Part shown: piece by piece, positions 29,361 to 39,140 of the stretch
How the letters are laid out: each line of letters opens with the position of its first letter
How positions within the stretch are numbered: the stretch's first letter is position 1
Assembly: GCA_009392215.1 (NCBI GenBank)
Contig: VFGZ01000039.1
Location: 9,633 to 73,632, forward strand
DNA length: 64,000 nucleotides
DNA from: SAR202 cluster bacterium
Lineage (GTDB): Bacteria; Chloroflexota; Dehalococcoidia; Lucifugimonadales; Lucifugimonadaceae
Direction: 5' to 3'
Made by a program: the position numbers and the translations under genes
Notes under the pieces: generated by a model
What the model was told of the DNA's origin: nothing
What the model saw: the letters and a program-made list of their open reading frames with translations, nothing else
The model's database searches: none

Positions 29361-30092
29361 TTGCCCACAACGCCACTAAGGATTAACGAAATCTACGACG
29401 TTGAAGATGCGTTGGGCTACAAATTTAATGATCGTAAACTTCTTGCTCTTGCGCTAACCCATCAGTCTTACGTAAATGAACATCCAGACGTTCCCCCGGT
29501 ATCGAACGAAAGACTCGAGTTTCTAGGTGATTCTATCGTGGGAATGGTCGTAGCGGAGAGGATATTCAACGGCGCTCCTGAATTGCCTGAAGGTGATTTG
29601 ACAGTGAGACGTTCACAAGTGATTCGTAAAGAAACTTTAGCCGCAGCCGCCAGATCGATTGGTCTTGGAGACTGGTTGGTGATGGGGACAGGAGAAGCGG
29701 CTACTGGAGGGAATTTTAGGGAATCGAATTTAGCTGACATGTTCGAAGCCATTACTGGCGCCGTGTACTTGGATGGAGGTTACAAACAGGCTAACCGCTT
29801 GGTTGTTAAATGGTTGGGACAATATATAAATGAGGCTCTTGAATCTGAAACTAAAAAAGATCCGAAATCTCTTTTACAGGAGTACCTGCAGGCGAATGGC
29901 AAACAACCTCCCCGATACGAATTATCCGCCCAATCTGGAACTCCACACGATCCGGTCTTTACAATCAATGTGTTAGTTGACAACACATTAGTTGCAACGG
30001 GCATGGGGTCCAGAAAACTTGACGCAGAACGTCAAGCGGCCACCAAGGCATTACAAAAATTCAACTCCGTTACCAGTCATACCGATTCATAA
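29361..30092 (+). CDS. rnc: Ribonuclease III
   Basis: ALTHQS, NERLEFLGD, LADMFEA.TGAVYLD, dsRBD DPKSLLQE...AERQAA; TTG start 4 nt after the selenoprotein stop. Confidence 0.96.
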   Translation: MPTTPLRINEIYDVEDALGYKFNDRKLLALALTHQSYVNEHPDVPPVSNERLEFLGDSIVGMVVAERIFNGAPELPEGDLTVRRSQVIRKETLAAAARSIGLGDWLVMGTGEAATGGNFRESNLADMFEAITGAVYLDGGYKQANRLVVKWLGQYINEALESETKKDPKSLLQEYLQANGKQPPRYELSAQSGTPHDPVFTINVLVDNTLVATGMGSRKLDAERQAATKALQKFNSVTSHTDS

Positions 30093-30113
30093 ATTAAGTT
30101 CGAGGAACCCACA

Positions 30114-31046
30114 CTGTTTGGTTTACTAAAAAAAAGACAAAAAACTGCCGAAAGTGCGGTTAAAACCGGCACGGCATGGCATCGACGGTTATCCGGTTTG
30201 TTTAACCGATCGGATATTGATGATGATTTTTGGGAACAGCTTGAAGAAGCACTGATCGTTTCTGATGTCGGTCTTAGAACGACCATGCGCCTGTTGGATA
30301 AGACCCAGGTAGTCGTTGAAGATCAATCTATAACAAAACCTTCGGACGTTAAGTCTTTGATGCGTGACCAAATCTCCCACATTCTGAAAGAAGGTTCAGA
30401 GACTGAACCCATCCCAACTGATACGCCTGTTGTTTTACTTGTTGTTGGGGTAAACGGTGCTGGTAAAACGACGTCTATAGCTAAGATGGTTAATATTGCT
30501 AAGAATGAAGGTCGTAACGTGATGCTTGCAGCGGCCGATACGTTTCGTGCAGGTGCAATAGAGCAGATAAACATCTGGGGTGAACGATTAGGAGTTCCAG
30601 TTATCTCTCATCGGCCTGGTAGTGACCCAGGAGCAGTTGCTTTCGATGCATTGAACGCTGCGCGTGCTAGGACCATTGATCTTCTAATCATAGATACCGC
30701 AGGGCGTCTTCATACCACCCACAACTTAATGGAAGAGCTTCGTAAAGTGCGGGGTATTGTCAATAAAAACTGTTCAGGTTTCGATGTAAAAGTACTATTA
30801 GTGATTGATGGCACTACAGGTCAAAACGGTTTGATTCAGGCGAAATCTTTTACGGATGCAGTCGAATGTGATGGTGTTTTCCTTACCAAGTTGGATGGTA
30901 CTGCCAGAGGTGGGGTAGCCCTTTCGATATCTGTGGAGTTGGGTCTGCCGATTTGGTTTATTGGCACCGGAGAACAGGCGGATGATATGTCGGCTTTTGA
31001 TGCGGATGCGTTTGCTGAGGCCGTGCTTCCTGAAGTGCCGAGTTAG
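30114..31046 (+). CDS. ftsY: SRP receptor FtsY (probable CTG start)
   Basis: GVNGAGKTT, DTFRAGA, DTAGR, DGTTGQN, TKLDGTARGG; frame extends to CTG at 30114 (MFGLLKKR...) behind a GAGGA SD. Confidence 0.95.
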   Translation: MFGLLKKRQKTAESAVKTGTAWHRRLSGLFNRSDIDDDFWEQLEEALIVSDVGLRTTMRLLDKTQVVVEDQSITKPSDVKSLMRDQISHILKEGSETEPIPTDTPVVLLVVGVNGAGKTTSIAKMVNIAKNEGRNVMLAAADTFRAGAIEQINIWGERLGVPVISHRPGSDPGAVAFDALNAARARTIDLLIIDTAGRLHTTHNLMEELRKVRGIVNKNCSGFDVKVLLVIDGTTGQNGLIQAKSFTDAVECDGVFLTKLDGTARGGVALSISVELGLPIWFIGTGEQADDMSAFDADAFAEAVLPEVPS

Positions 31047-31082
31047 TTGCGACATCCTAAAACTTGAAATCTTGATATAGAA

Positions 31083-33464
31083 ATGCTGCCAGTAATCGCA
31101 ACTCTCATAACGGTTCAACTAGTCGGTCTTGCGGTCTTTCCGATTGTCCAGCGAGCCTTTCCCTTAATGTCCGATCGTGGGTGGGCCATTTCGAAGGCTC
31201 TAGGGATATTGTTGATATCGACCGCCGTGTGGCTACTTTCTTATGTTCATTTGCTTCCGAATACCATGTTTTCTTGGTGGATTGTTTGGCTTGTTTTAGC
31301 TTTTATAAGCCTCTGGTTTCTCCGAAAGGATTTTGACAACTTCAGAAAAAGCGTAAAAAGAAGATGGAAAATCATTGTTTCGATCGAATCAATATTCTTG
31401 CTGTTCTTCCTAATGTTTCTTTTGTTGCGTGCTTTCGATCCTGCCGCATCAGGAACCGAAAAACCAATGGATATGATGATGTTGTCATCTGTTACTAGCG
31501 CTCAATATGCCCCACCACAAGATTTATGGTTGGCCGGAGAACCGATTGCTTATTATTACTTCGGTTACTGGATGTACGGTGGGGTTGGAACTATGTCAGG
31601 GACGCCAACCTTTATCAGCTTTAACGTCAGTCTGGCTTTAGCCGCCGGACTTGCTGCCTCAATAGTAGCTGCACTCGTATGCACGTTGGTTCGTAGGGAC
31701 GGGGCTACAAATAGAGTATCAATCTTGTGCGGTACTGTTTCGGCCGCGTTGCTGTTATTGGCTTCGAATTTATCAGGCTTGTGGACCATACTTGATATTA
31801 CTCGTTTGGCTTCGACCAAGTTACTCAACTGGTATCACGGTTTTGAGTATCAACGCGTAAATGACATACTCGTGTGGCGGCCGGATGATTTTTGGTGGTG
31901 GTGGAATAGCTCCCGAATCACCAATTCATATGACAGTGGTGGAAATAGTCTAGATTTCACCATTCAAGAGTTCCCGTATTTCAGTTTTTTGCTAGGTGAT
32001 TTACATCCGCATGTGATGTCTATACCGTTTCTTCTAACAGGTTTGACGGTTTTAGCTTCCCTTTTTATGGCGAATCGATATCTATCGTTTCGAACCCTTA
32101 GGCGCAACATCACCGCCACTCTAATGGTTGCTTTAGTGATTGGCTCTTCTGGATTCATAAACTTCTGGGATATCGGACTGTTCTTGCTACTTACTATGTG
32201 CTTATTGGTTGCCGGATGGGTTGGTACACGGTCTTATGGCATTGGTGCGTTTTCTCGATTTGTGACTCCGATAGGGGTGGTATGGATTATCGGGATTGCC
32301 ATTTTTTCGCCATTCTATTTTGGAACAGCGGAAAGCCAAGTTCAATGGCCTCCCATAGCGCCCGTTGAGTACGGTTCCCGCTTGATTCACTTTATTTCTG
32401 TCTGGCTGTTTTTATTCTTAATTACCACACCAGCTGTTTTGTTAATTTCAACCAAATTCTTGCGGGTCCTCACGTTGAAGTTTAAGGATCCAAACTCCAT
32501 CTCCCAGTCTGAGGGAAATCTCATATGGCGACCTGCATGGATGATCGCCATCATGTTGGTTGGCATCCCATGGTTTTCATGGGCTGTAACCCACATTTGG
32601 TTCAACGAAAATTCTGCGTTTTCAGACTTATTTGAAAGGTTGCCAGTTACCGGATCGCTTGGAGTGGTAGCTGCAATTATGGTCGCTGTGACCCTAACGC
32701 GGGCTAGGCGAGGTGCGGACGACGGTGCCAATTACGCCATATTATTGGCTACTGTCGCGATTTATCTCTTGTATGCTGCGGAACTGTTTTTTGTACATGA
32801 TTTGTTCGGAAACCGGATGAACACCGTTTTCAAATTCTATTACCAGGCTTGGATACTTTTATCCGTCACCGGAGGATACGGCGCCTATGTATGGTTGAAA
32901 CAGGGAACTCGACTGACCGGGGTCATTCGGCCGATTAACAGAGCTGCACTGTTCTTAGTATTCGTTCTGATTATTAGTTCTGTATATTTTTCGGTCGCCT
33001 CTGCTGTTACCAAGACAACTTCATCTAATCTTGGACCCAGTCTGGATAGCATGAAATTTCTAGAAAAACGAAATCAGGATGAAAAAGAGACTATTATTCG
33101 GATTGGAAAAATAGCTGAGTCAGACGATATTCTTGTTGAATCCGTTGGTGGAAGTTATAGCGACCACGGTCGGATTTCTGGATATTCAGGTGTGGCAGGC
33201 TTGTTAGGCTGGAAAGGTCACGAAGTTCAATGGCACGGTGATGACACATTGTTTATGGATCGGGAAGATGACGTTGAAACTATTTACACAACCACCGACC
33301 ATGCAGAACTGAACAGGTTGATCGATAAATATTCCTTGACAATGGTTGTTGTTGGACCTCGGGAAAGGTCAGCCTACGGTGACATCGATCTGGCGTTGTT
33401 CGATACTTTTGGTGATCGGGTAATAGAAAGTGGCTCCTACACAATATTTAAAATTGATCAATAA
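31083..33464 (+). CDS. DUF2298/YYY-motif (Chlor_Arch_YYY) multi-pass membrane protein, GT-C-like
   Basis: EKPMD, PP.D.WLAGEPI.YYYFG, TIQEFPYFSFL.GDLHPH, RMNTVFKFYYQAW, GW.GHE.QW. Confidence 0.88.
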   Translation: MLPVIATLITVQLVGLAVFPIVQRAFPLMSDRGWAISKALGILLISTAVWLLSYVHLLPNTMFSWWIVWLVLAFISLWFLRKDFDNFRKSVKRRWKIIVSIESIFLLFFLMFLLLRAFDPAASGTEKPMDMMMLSSVTSAQYAPPQDLWLAGEPIAYYYFGYWMYGGVGTMSGTPTFISFNVSLALAAGLAASIVAALVCTLVRRDGATNRVSILCGTVSAALLLLASNLSGLWTILDITRLASTKLLNWYHGFEYQRVNDILVWRPDDFWWWWNSSRITNSYDSGGNSLDFTIQEFPYFSFLLGDLHPHVMSIPFLLTGLTVLASLFMANRYLSFRTLRRNITATLMVALVIGSSGFINFWDIGLFLLLTMCLLVAGWVGTRSYGIGAFSRFVTPIGVVWIIGIAIFSPFYFGTAESQVQWPPIAPVEYGSRLIHFISVWLFLFLITTPAVLLISTKFLRVLTLKFKDPNSISQSEGNLIWRPAWMIAIMLVGIPWFSWAVTHIWFNENSAFSDLFERLPVTGSLGVVAAIMVAVTLTRARRGADDGANYAILLATVAIYLLYAAELFFVHDLFGNRMNTVFKFYYQAWILLSVTGGYGAYVWLKQGTRLTGVIRPINRAALFLVFVLIISSVYFSVASAVTKTTSSNLGPSLDSMKFLEKRNQDEKETIIRIGKIAESDDILVESVGGSYSDHGRISGYSGVAGLLGWKGHEVQWHGDDTLFMDREDDVETIYTTTDHAELNRLIDKYSLTMVVVGPRERSAYGDIDLALFDTFGDRVIESGSYTIFKIDQ

Positions 33465-33467
33465 CTC

Positions 33468-35831
33468 GTGATGCAAAAAAGCAATTTAAAAACAGAAACC
33501 CTACTGAGTGGACGATGGGTTAAAGGACGCTGGGTACGACAGAAAAATGATCTGTCAGGTAGTTTCAGCGCTGAAGATTTTTTGTCCAAACTCGAGAATC
33601 GTCGGGTTGCCCCGGGAATATTGATTCCGTCACGAATCGAATGGGGTGTTTACGCCACTCTTGTACTTCTTGCTCTTGCCATGCGTCTTTATGACCTTGG
33701 CGGAAGAGCCGTACACCATGATGAGAGCTTGCACGGTTATTTTGCGTACCAGATGTTCATTGGTGGCGGGTATGATCACAACCCTTTAATGCACGGCATG
33801 TTCCTGTTCCATTCAATAGCCACATCTTTTTTCTTGTTTGGTGACAATGAATTCTCCATGCGTTTGCCGATGGCTCTATTCGGCGCGGGTCTTGTTCTGG
33901 TTCCGTTGATTCTCAAACCCCGTATTGGGCAAATTGGTTCCTTAGCCTGTGCAATACTGCTGGCATTCTCACCTTCTCTTATTTATTACAGCAGATTTGC
34001 CCGTAATGACATTTTTATGGCTGTGTTTACGATCGCTTTGGTAGGTGTGATGTGGAGATACATTGATGAGCGCAAGAACCGATGGCTTTATCTCGGCGCG
34101 GCAATAATCGCTTTAGGGTTTACTACTAAGGAAACTCAATACATAGTCATCGCCGTACTGGGTTCTTATCTTTTGACTCAGGTTTGGGGTGAACTTAAAG
34201 AATGGCTTTATGCTCGGCGGTCTCTTAGCGAGTTCAGCCCTGCAGCGTCGTTTTTCGTTTTGATTACTGTTTTGAGTTTGCCTCTTTTAGCTGCAAGCGT
34301 GGCAATATTTCAAAACACTCTTGGCATTACGTTAGCTGCAGAAGATGGCATCCCTGGAATTGTTACAGGTAGCCCTAACGGAGTTGGGTGGAATGTGGCA
34401 ATAGGACTCGGCGCTATTTTTCTGGCAGCCTCTTTAGGTCTTGGGTGGTTTTGGAAACGCACCGTGTTTCTGGCAGCTTTTGCTGTTTTCGCTTTCATAT
34501 TCGTTATGATTTTTTCGAACTTTGGTTCCTACCCAGCTGGTGTTGGCAGCGGATCTTGGCAGTCGCTTGGTTACTGGATCGCGCAACAGGATGTAGCTCG
34601 GGGAAACCAACCTTGGTATTACTACTTCATCCTTGGATCAGTCTATGAATTTTTACCTTTGACTATCGCACTTGTTGCGGTTGTTTATTACGGTTTCAAA
34701 TCAGGATTCCGTCCATTGATCAGCATCGCATTAATTACTCTGGGGTTCATAGTGCTTGCAAACGATAATCTCAGCTTCCAAAACGGACTGGTTAAGGGTG
34801 AAGAACGAGACGTTCTTACCAATGTTGGGCACTTATCTTTACTAATTGTTTATGGTTCTTTTATTGCCTTACCTTTCACTCTAAAAATTTCTCGATTCAA
34901 TCGGTTTTTGATTTTTTGGATCATTGGTACGTTCATCGCCTATATTCATGCGGGGGAGAAGATGCCATGGCTTTTGGTTAACCTCGTGATTCCTGTGATT
35001 GTTTTCGCCGGATCAACAATGAATGACGTGGTTTCTGCTATCAGATGGCGAGAGGCCTGGAACAATTTCGGTGGACTTTGTTTGATCGGAGTGCCAGTTT
35101 CATATTTGCTGATCTGGAAACTCCTCTTTAATGACCTGGCCAGTAGTACTAATCAATTTTTAACCACCTGGATGATTTTCGCTAGCCTAGGATTTCTAAT
35201 ATTAGGTTTTCAGGTTTTTTCACAACGGATCGGAAAAGCACAATCTATTGCAATTATTGGATTGGTCTCCATACTGGTTTTATTTGGGTTCACATTTCGT
35301 GCGGGGTGGATTGCTAACTACGAAAACGGTGATGTACCGGAAGAAATCCTCGTATACACGCAAACATCACCCGACATTCATAACCTGGCTAAAGAAATCG
35401 AACGCACCGCGGCTCTAACCGGAGATCGTACTGCAATCAAAATTGCGATAGACACGAGGGATGCATACCAATGGCCTTGGCAGTGGTACCTGCGTCGTTA
35501 TACCGATGTCAGTTACAGCGATCATTCTTCCGATAAAGCGGTGGTCGGAGAAGATAGATTGATTGTTGTTGTCAATGAACATAACAATGCAAAGTTGATT
35601 ACCAAATTACCAGATGGATTTTCAGAGGGACGTAGACTCGTCCACCGCTGGTGGTTCCCAGAGCGATATAGAGATTTAAAACCTGGGGAATTCTTTGCAA
35701 CCCTGGTCGATCGCAATCGCTGGAAAGGTCCGGTTGATTATTTCATGTACAGAGAACTATCTAATCCGTTAGGGTCGATAGATTCATATGTTTATTTTTC
35801 TGATGAAATCCCTATAGCACAGGCCGAGTGA
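33468..35831 (+). CDS. TIGR03663/Agl23-like GT-C (PMT/GT39-like) membrane glycosyltransferase
   Basis: RAVHHDESLH, Y...P.MHG, SP.L.YYSRFARND, TKE, EKMPWL, LVYTQTS, WPWQWYLR. Confidence 0.85.
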   Translation: MMQKSNLKTETLLSGRWVKGRWVRQKNDLSGSFSAEDFLSKLENRRVAPGILIPSRIEWGVYATLVLLALAMRLYDLGGRAVHHDESLHGYFAYQMFIGGGYDHNPLMHGMFLFHSIATSFFLFGDNEFSMRLPMALFGAGLVLVPLILKPRIGQIGSLACAILLAFSPSLIYYSRFARNDIFMAVFTIALVGVMWRYIDERKNRWLYLGAAIIALGFTTKETQYIVIAVLGSYLLTQVWGELKEWLYARRSLSEFSPAASFFVLITVLSLPLLAASVAIFQNTLGITLAAEDGIPGIVTGSPNGVGWNVAIGLGAIFLAASLGLGWFWKRTVFLAAFAVFAFIFVMIFSNFGSYPAGVGSGSWQSLGYWIAQQDVARGNQPWYYYFILGSVYEFLPLTIALVAVVYYGFKSGFRPLISIALITLGFIVLANDNLSFQNGLVKGEERDVLTNVGHLSLLIVYGSFIALPFTLKISRFNRFLIFWIIGTFIAYIHAGEKMPWLLVNLVIPVIVFAGSTMNDVVSAIRWREAWNNFGGLCLIGVPVSYLLIWKLLFNDLASSTNQFLTTWMIFASLGFLILGFQVFSQRIGKAQSIAIIGLVSILVLFGFTFRAGWIANYENGDVPEEILVYTQTSPDIHNLAKEIERTAALTGDRTAIKIAIDTRDAYQWPWQWYLRRYTDVSYSDHSSDKAVVGEDRLIVVVNEHNNAKLITKLPDGFSEGRRLVHRWWFPERYRDLKPGEFFATLVDRNRWKGPVDYFMYRELSNPLGSIDSYVYFSDEIPIAQAE

Positions 35832-35867
35832 CAAACGTTTGCCTAGCAAGTTCACCTGCCAAATATC

Positions 35868-36953
35868 ATGTTAATACGAAACAAAGCTTTTTGGATCGGT
35901 GCTGTCGGCAGCGCTGTATTTCTTGCTGTTTTCGTTGTGCTATTTGTAGATTTGGGTACCATCGGCGAGATTCTGCGGGATGCCGATTATGCCTATGTCG
36001 CCCCTTCAATCTTGTTCTATTTTCTGGCTGTTTGGTTTAGAACCGCGAGGTGGAAGTTTTTACTTCGTCCTTTAATCGGTAAACCAAAAAAACGAATCTA
36101 CTCTGTGGTCATCGTCGGTTACATGGCCAACAATCTGATACCGATTCGTATTGGAGAAGTGATTCGATCTTATTACTTGAGCTTGCGAGAGGAATGCTCA
36201 ACTTCAGCGGCCTTTGGCACCGTCGCAGTTGAACGAGCCACGGATGTACTTGCTTTACTGCTCTTTCTGGGCGCAGCTGGACTGATGAGTACGTCAGGAG
36301 TTGAACGAGTATTTGGTGACATTTCTTCAAATGTACCGGGAGGAACCTGGATCATGGTTACAGCCGCGCTGCTGCCTTTCATCGTGGTGTTTAGCGTGGT
36401 CCTTTTAATCTCCATTTCAAGTAAACAAAAAGTTACTGACTTTTTTGCTCACGTTCTAATTGTCGTGGGGTACAAATACCGGAAACGTATGCTCGCTATC
36501 ATTGGCCGATTACTTGAAGGTCTAACGGTTGTAAACTCGGTTTCTGATCTTATAAAAGTTCTTGGTTGGTCATTACCGGTTTGGGCAGCGGAAGCAGCCA
36601 TGTACTATCTGATAGCGATGGGATTTGATTTAGGTTCTAACTTTACTACTGAACTAGAATTCCTGTCTGCGATATTGCTTTTTACTGCCGCGGCAAATCT
36701 AGCTGGAGTTTTTCCCTCCACTGCCGGAGGCTGGGGTCCGTTTGATTTTTTTGGAGCAGCATCCTTGATCGCGCTTGGCGTGCAAAATGAAATAGCAGCT
36801 GGATATGCTTTAACTGTGCATGTTGTTGTTTGGGTGCCTCCGACCCTACTTGGTGCACTGTTACTCATATTGGATGGCACTTCTCTTACTCGGCTGTTGC
36901 AAGGTGCAAAGACCTCAAGCCAACATTCCGTACATCAAGGCCCTGCCAAATGA
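35868..36953 (+). CDS. Lysylphosphatidylglycerol synthase TM-domain (UPF0104/flippase-like) protein
   Basis: RW..LL, GYMANNLIP.RIGE..R, ER..D, P...GG.G.F motifs; multi-TM. Confidence 0.85.
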   Translation: MLIRNKAFWIGAVGSAVFLAVFVVLFVDLGTIGEILRDADYAYVAPSILFYFLAVWFRTARWKFLLRPLIGKPKKRIYSVVIVGYMANNLIPIRIGEVIRSYYLSLREECSTSAAFGTVAVERATDVLALLLFLGAAGLMSTSGVERVFGDISSNVPGGTWIMVTAALLPFIVVFSVVLLISISSKQKVTDFFAHVLIVVGYKYRKRMLAIIGRLLEGLTVVNSVSDLIKVLGWSLPVWAAEAAMYYLIAMGFDLGSNFTTELEFLSAILLFTAAANLAGVFPSTAGGWGPFDFFGAASLIALGVQNEIAAGYALTVHVVVWVPPTLLGALLLILDGTSLTRLLQGAKTSSQHSVHQGPAK

Positions 36954-38287
36954 AGATAGGAATTATTGGCGCCGGCGCAGCTGGTTTATCGGCAGCTTTT
37001 GATTTTACGGCAAAAGGTCACGATGTGACCGTGTACGAATCTGCTCCTTTTGTTGGAGGGCAAGCATCAACTATTCCGGTTGGCGGATCTGCATTAGAAC
37101 GTGGTTATCACCATTTATTTACGAATGATCAAGCGATTCTGGATCTCATGAAGGATCTGGATATTTACGACAACATGAAATGGTATCCGTCCAAAGTTGG
37201 TACATACACTTCGGGCAAGGTCTATAAAACCACTACACCCGTTGACTTACTTCGATTAGATGCGATCCCAATAATCGAACGAATCAAACTTGGCCTGTTT
37301 GCTATGAGAGTGAAACGTATCAATGATTGGAAGGATCTGGAAAACCAAACTGCCGATTTCTGGTTGCGTGAAAGGCTTGGTGGAATGGCCTATGAAAAAG
37401 TTTGGGCCCCGTTACTGAAAGGTAAATTCGGCAATTTTTATGATCAAATTGGCATGCCATGGTTTTGGTCAAAAATCCAGACCAGATTTGCTTCTCGTCA
37501 AGGGATTCGGCAGAGGGAGATGCTTGGGTACCCGGACGGTAGCTTCGACACGATATTCAATAAATTACAGGCATCCATTAAATCAAAGGGTGGAGAGATT
37601 CATATTTCAACCCCGGTCATTAAAATTAACGTGGCTGACGGTGTTGCAACAGGATTGAAAACGGTTAAGCCTGACGGTCAAGAGTCTGATAGGGATTTTG
37701 ATTGTGTCCTCTCAACGGTTCCATCTTTTTCATTTCCTAATTTAGTAGACCTGCCTTTCGAATATCGCGAGCGACTTACCAGCGTTCATTACCTGGCGGC
37801 TGTTGTGCTAATTTTGGAAATGACTCATTCACTTACAGATTTTTACTGGATGAATATAGCCGACCCTGACGTACCTTTCCTCGGTTTGATAGAGCATACC
37901 AACATGCTGCCGAAAGAGTGGTACGGGGGCAACAATATTCTGTACATGACAAATTATCTTGATCGTCAAGATCCGATATACGCTCTTTCGCAAGATGAGT
38001 TGCTCGATCTGTATCTGCCCCATCTGAACAAATTTAATCCGAATTTTCAGCGTTCGTGGATCAAAGCTATTCATTACAACGCTCTAAGCGCTGCACAGCC
38101 GATAATTGGTACTAACTATTCCAAGGTTATACCCGATCACCGAACCCCAATCAAACGTTTGTATCTAGCTAACACTACACAGGTATATCCTGAAGATCGG
38201 GGAACCAATTACAGCATACAGATGGGACGCAAGCTCGCCACGACAATATTGGATGATCAAAGACGGCAGTGGCGATCTTGGAAGTGA
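36950..38287 (+). CDS. FAD-dependent oxidoreductase (amine oxidase/protoporphyrinogen oxidase-like)
   Basis: GAGAAGLSAA, E....GG, LERGYHH, PLL.GKFG, YPEDRGTN; ATG at 36950 overlaps the upstream stop. Confidence 0.85.
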   Translation: MKIGIIGAGAAGLSAAFDFTAKGHDVTVYESAPFVGGQASTIPVGGSALERGYHHLFTNDQAILDLMKDLDIYDNMKWYPSKVGTYTSGKVYKTTTPVDLLRLDAIPIIERIKLGLFAMRVKRINDWKDLENQTADFWLRERLGGMAYEKVWAPLLKGKFGNFYDQIGMPWFWSKIQTRFASRQGIRQREMLGYPDGSFDTIFNKLQASIKSKGGEIHISTPVIKINVADGVATGLKTVKPDGQESDRDFDCVLSTVPSFSFPNLVDLPFEYRERLTSVHYLAAVVLILEMTHSLTDFYWMNIADPDVPFLGLIEHTNMLPKEWYGGNNILYMTNYLDRQDPIYALSQDELLDLYLPHLNKFNPNFQRSWIKAIHYNALSAAQPIIGTNYSKVIPDHRTPIKRLYLANTTQVYPEDRGTNYSIQMGRKLATTILDDQRRQWRSWK

Positions 38288-38332
38288 AATCGAGTACAAC
38301 ATACCGAATTTGATTACTGGAGATATTTTAAT

Positions 38333-39106
38333 ATGGGTCAACTTGACGGTCAGATAACAATCATCACTGGGGCAGGAACCGGAATTGGTCGCGAGGCAGC
38401 ATTAATGTTTGCGAAAGAAGGCGCCCGACTAGTATTGGCTGGGCGCCGTATAGATCCATTGAACGCCGTCGCTGAAATAATCAGATCTAAAGGTGGATAC
38501 GCCGTTGCTCGTTCTGTGGATCTTGAAAACGGGGACTCTGCAGCGGAACTTGGTACCTGGACACTGGAACAATATGGTCAAGTTGATGTCCTCGTAAACA
38601 ACGCAGGGCATAGTTCTCGCGTTCGTTCTATCAGGTATGTAGGTCCGGAGGAGTGGGATAGTGTGTTCCGGGTGAACGTAGAGGGGGTTTATCGACTCAC
38701 TCAATCCGTAGTCGGAGCAATGATACAAAAGGGTCACGGGACAGTAATAACAATATCCTCCTATGCCGCCCTACATCCTGGGCTTTTAGGAGGATCACCT
38801 TACAGCGCTGCTAAAGCTGCGTCTTTTAACATGATGCGAGGCGTCAATGCTGAGTTAAATGCTAAGGGAATACGGGCATGTACCATTCTTCCAGCCGAGG
38901 TTGATACCCCAATACTCAACAATCGCCCTTTGAATCCTGACGCATCAGCGCGTGCGACCATGATGATGCCTGAAGATGTTGCCCATGCCATTCTCTTATG
39001 CGCGACGCTGCCGGTTCGGACTGTTATCGAAGAGATCGTAATGTCGCCGACCCAACCAAGAGATCGAACATTAGATATGGAAGCTGCTGCGAAAGCCGGT
39101 TCTTAG
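38333..39106 (+). CDS. Short-chain dehydrogenase/reductase
   Basis: TGAGTGIG, VNNAG, TISS, YSAAK; GGAGA SD. Confidence 0.92.
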   Translation: MGQLDGQITIITGAGTGIGREAALMFAKEGARLVLAGRRIDPLNAVAEIIRSKGGYAVARSVDLENGDSAAELGTWTLEQYGQVDVLVNNAGHSSRVRSIRYVGPEEWDSVFRVNVEGVYRLTQSVVGAMIQKGHGTVITISSYAALHPGLLGGSPYSAAKAASFNMMRGVNAELNAKGIRACTILPAEVDTPILNNRPLNPDASARATMMMPEDVAHAILLCATLPVRTVIEEIVMSPTQPRDRTLDMEAAAKAGS

Positions 39107-39140
39107 GCCACTCAATCGTCCTGCCAAATGGGCTTTCTGT

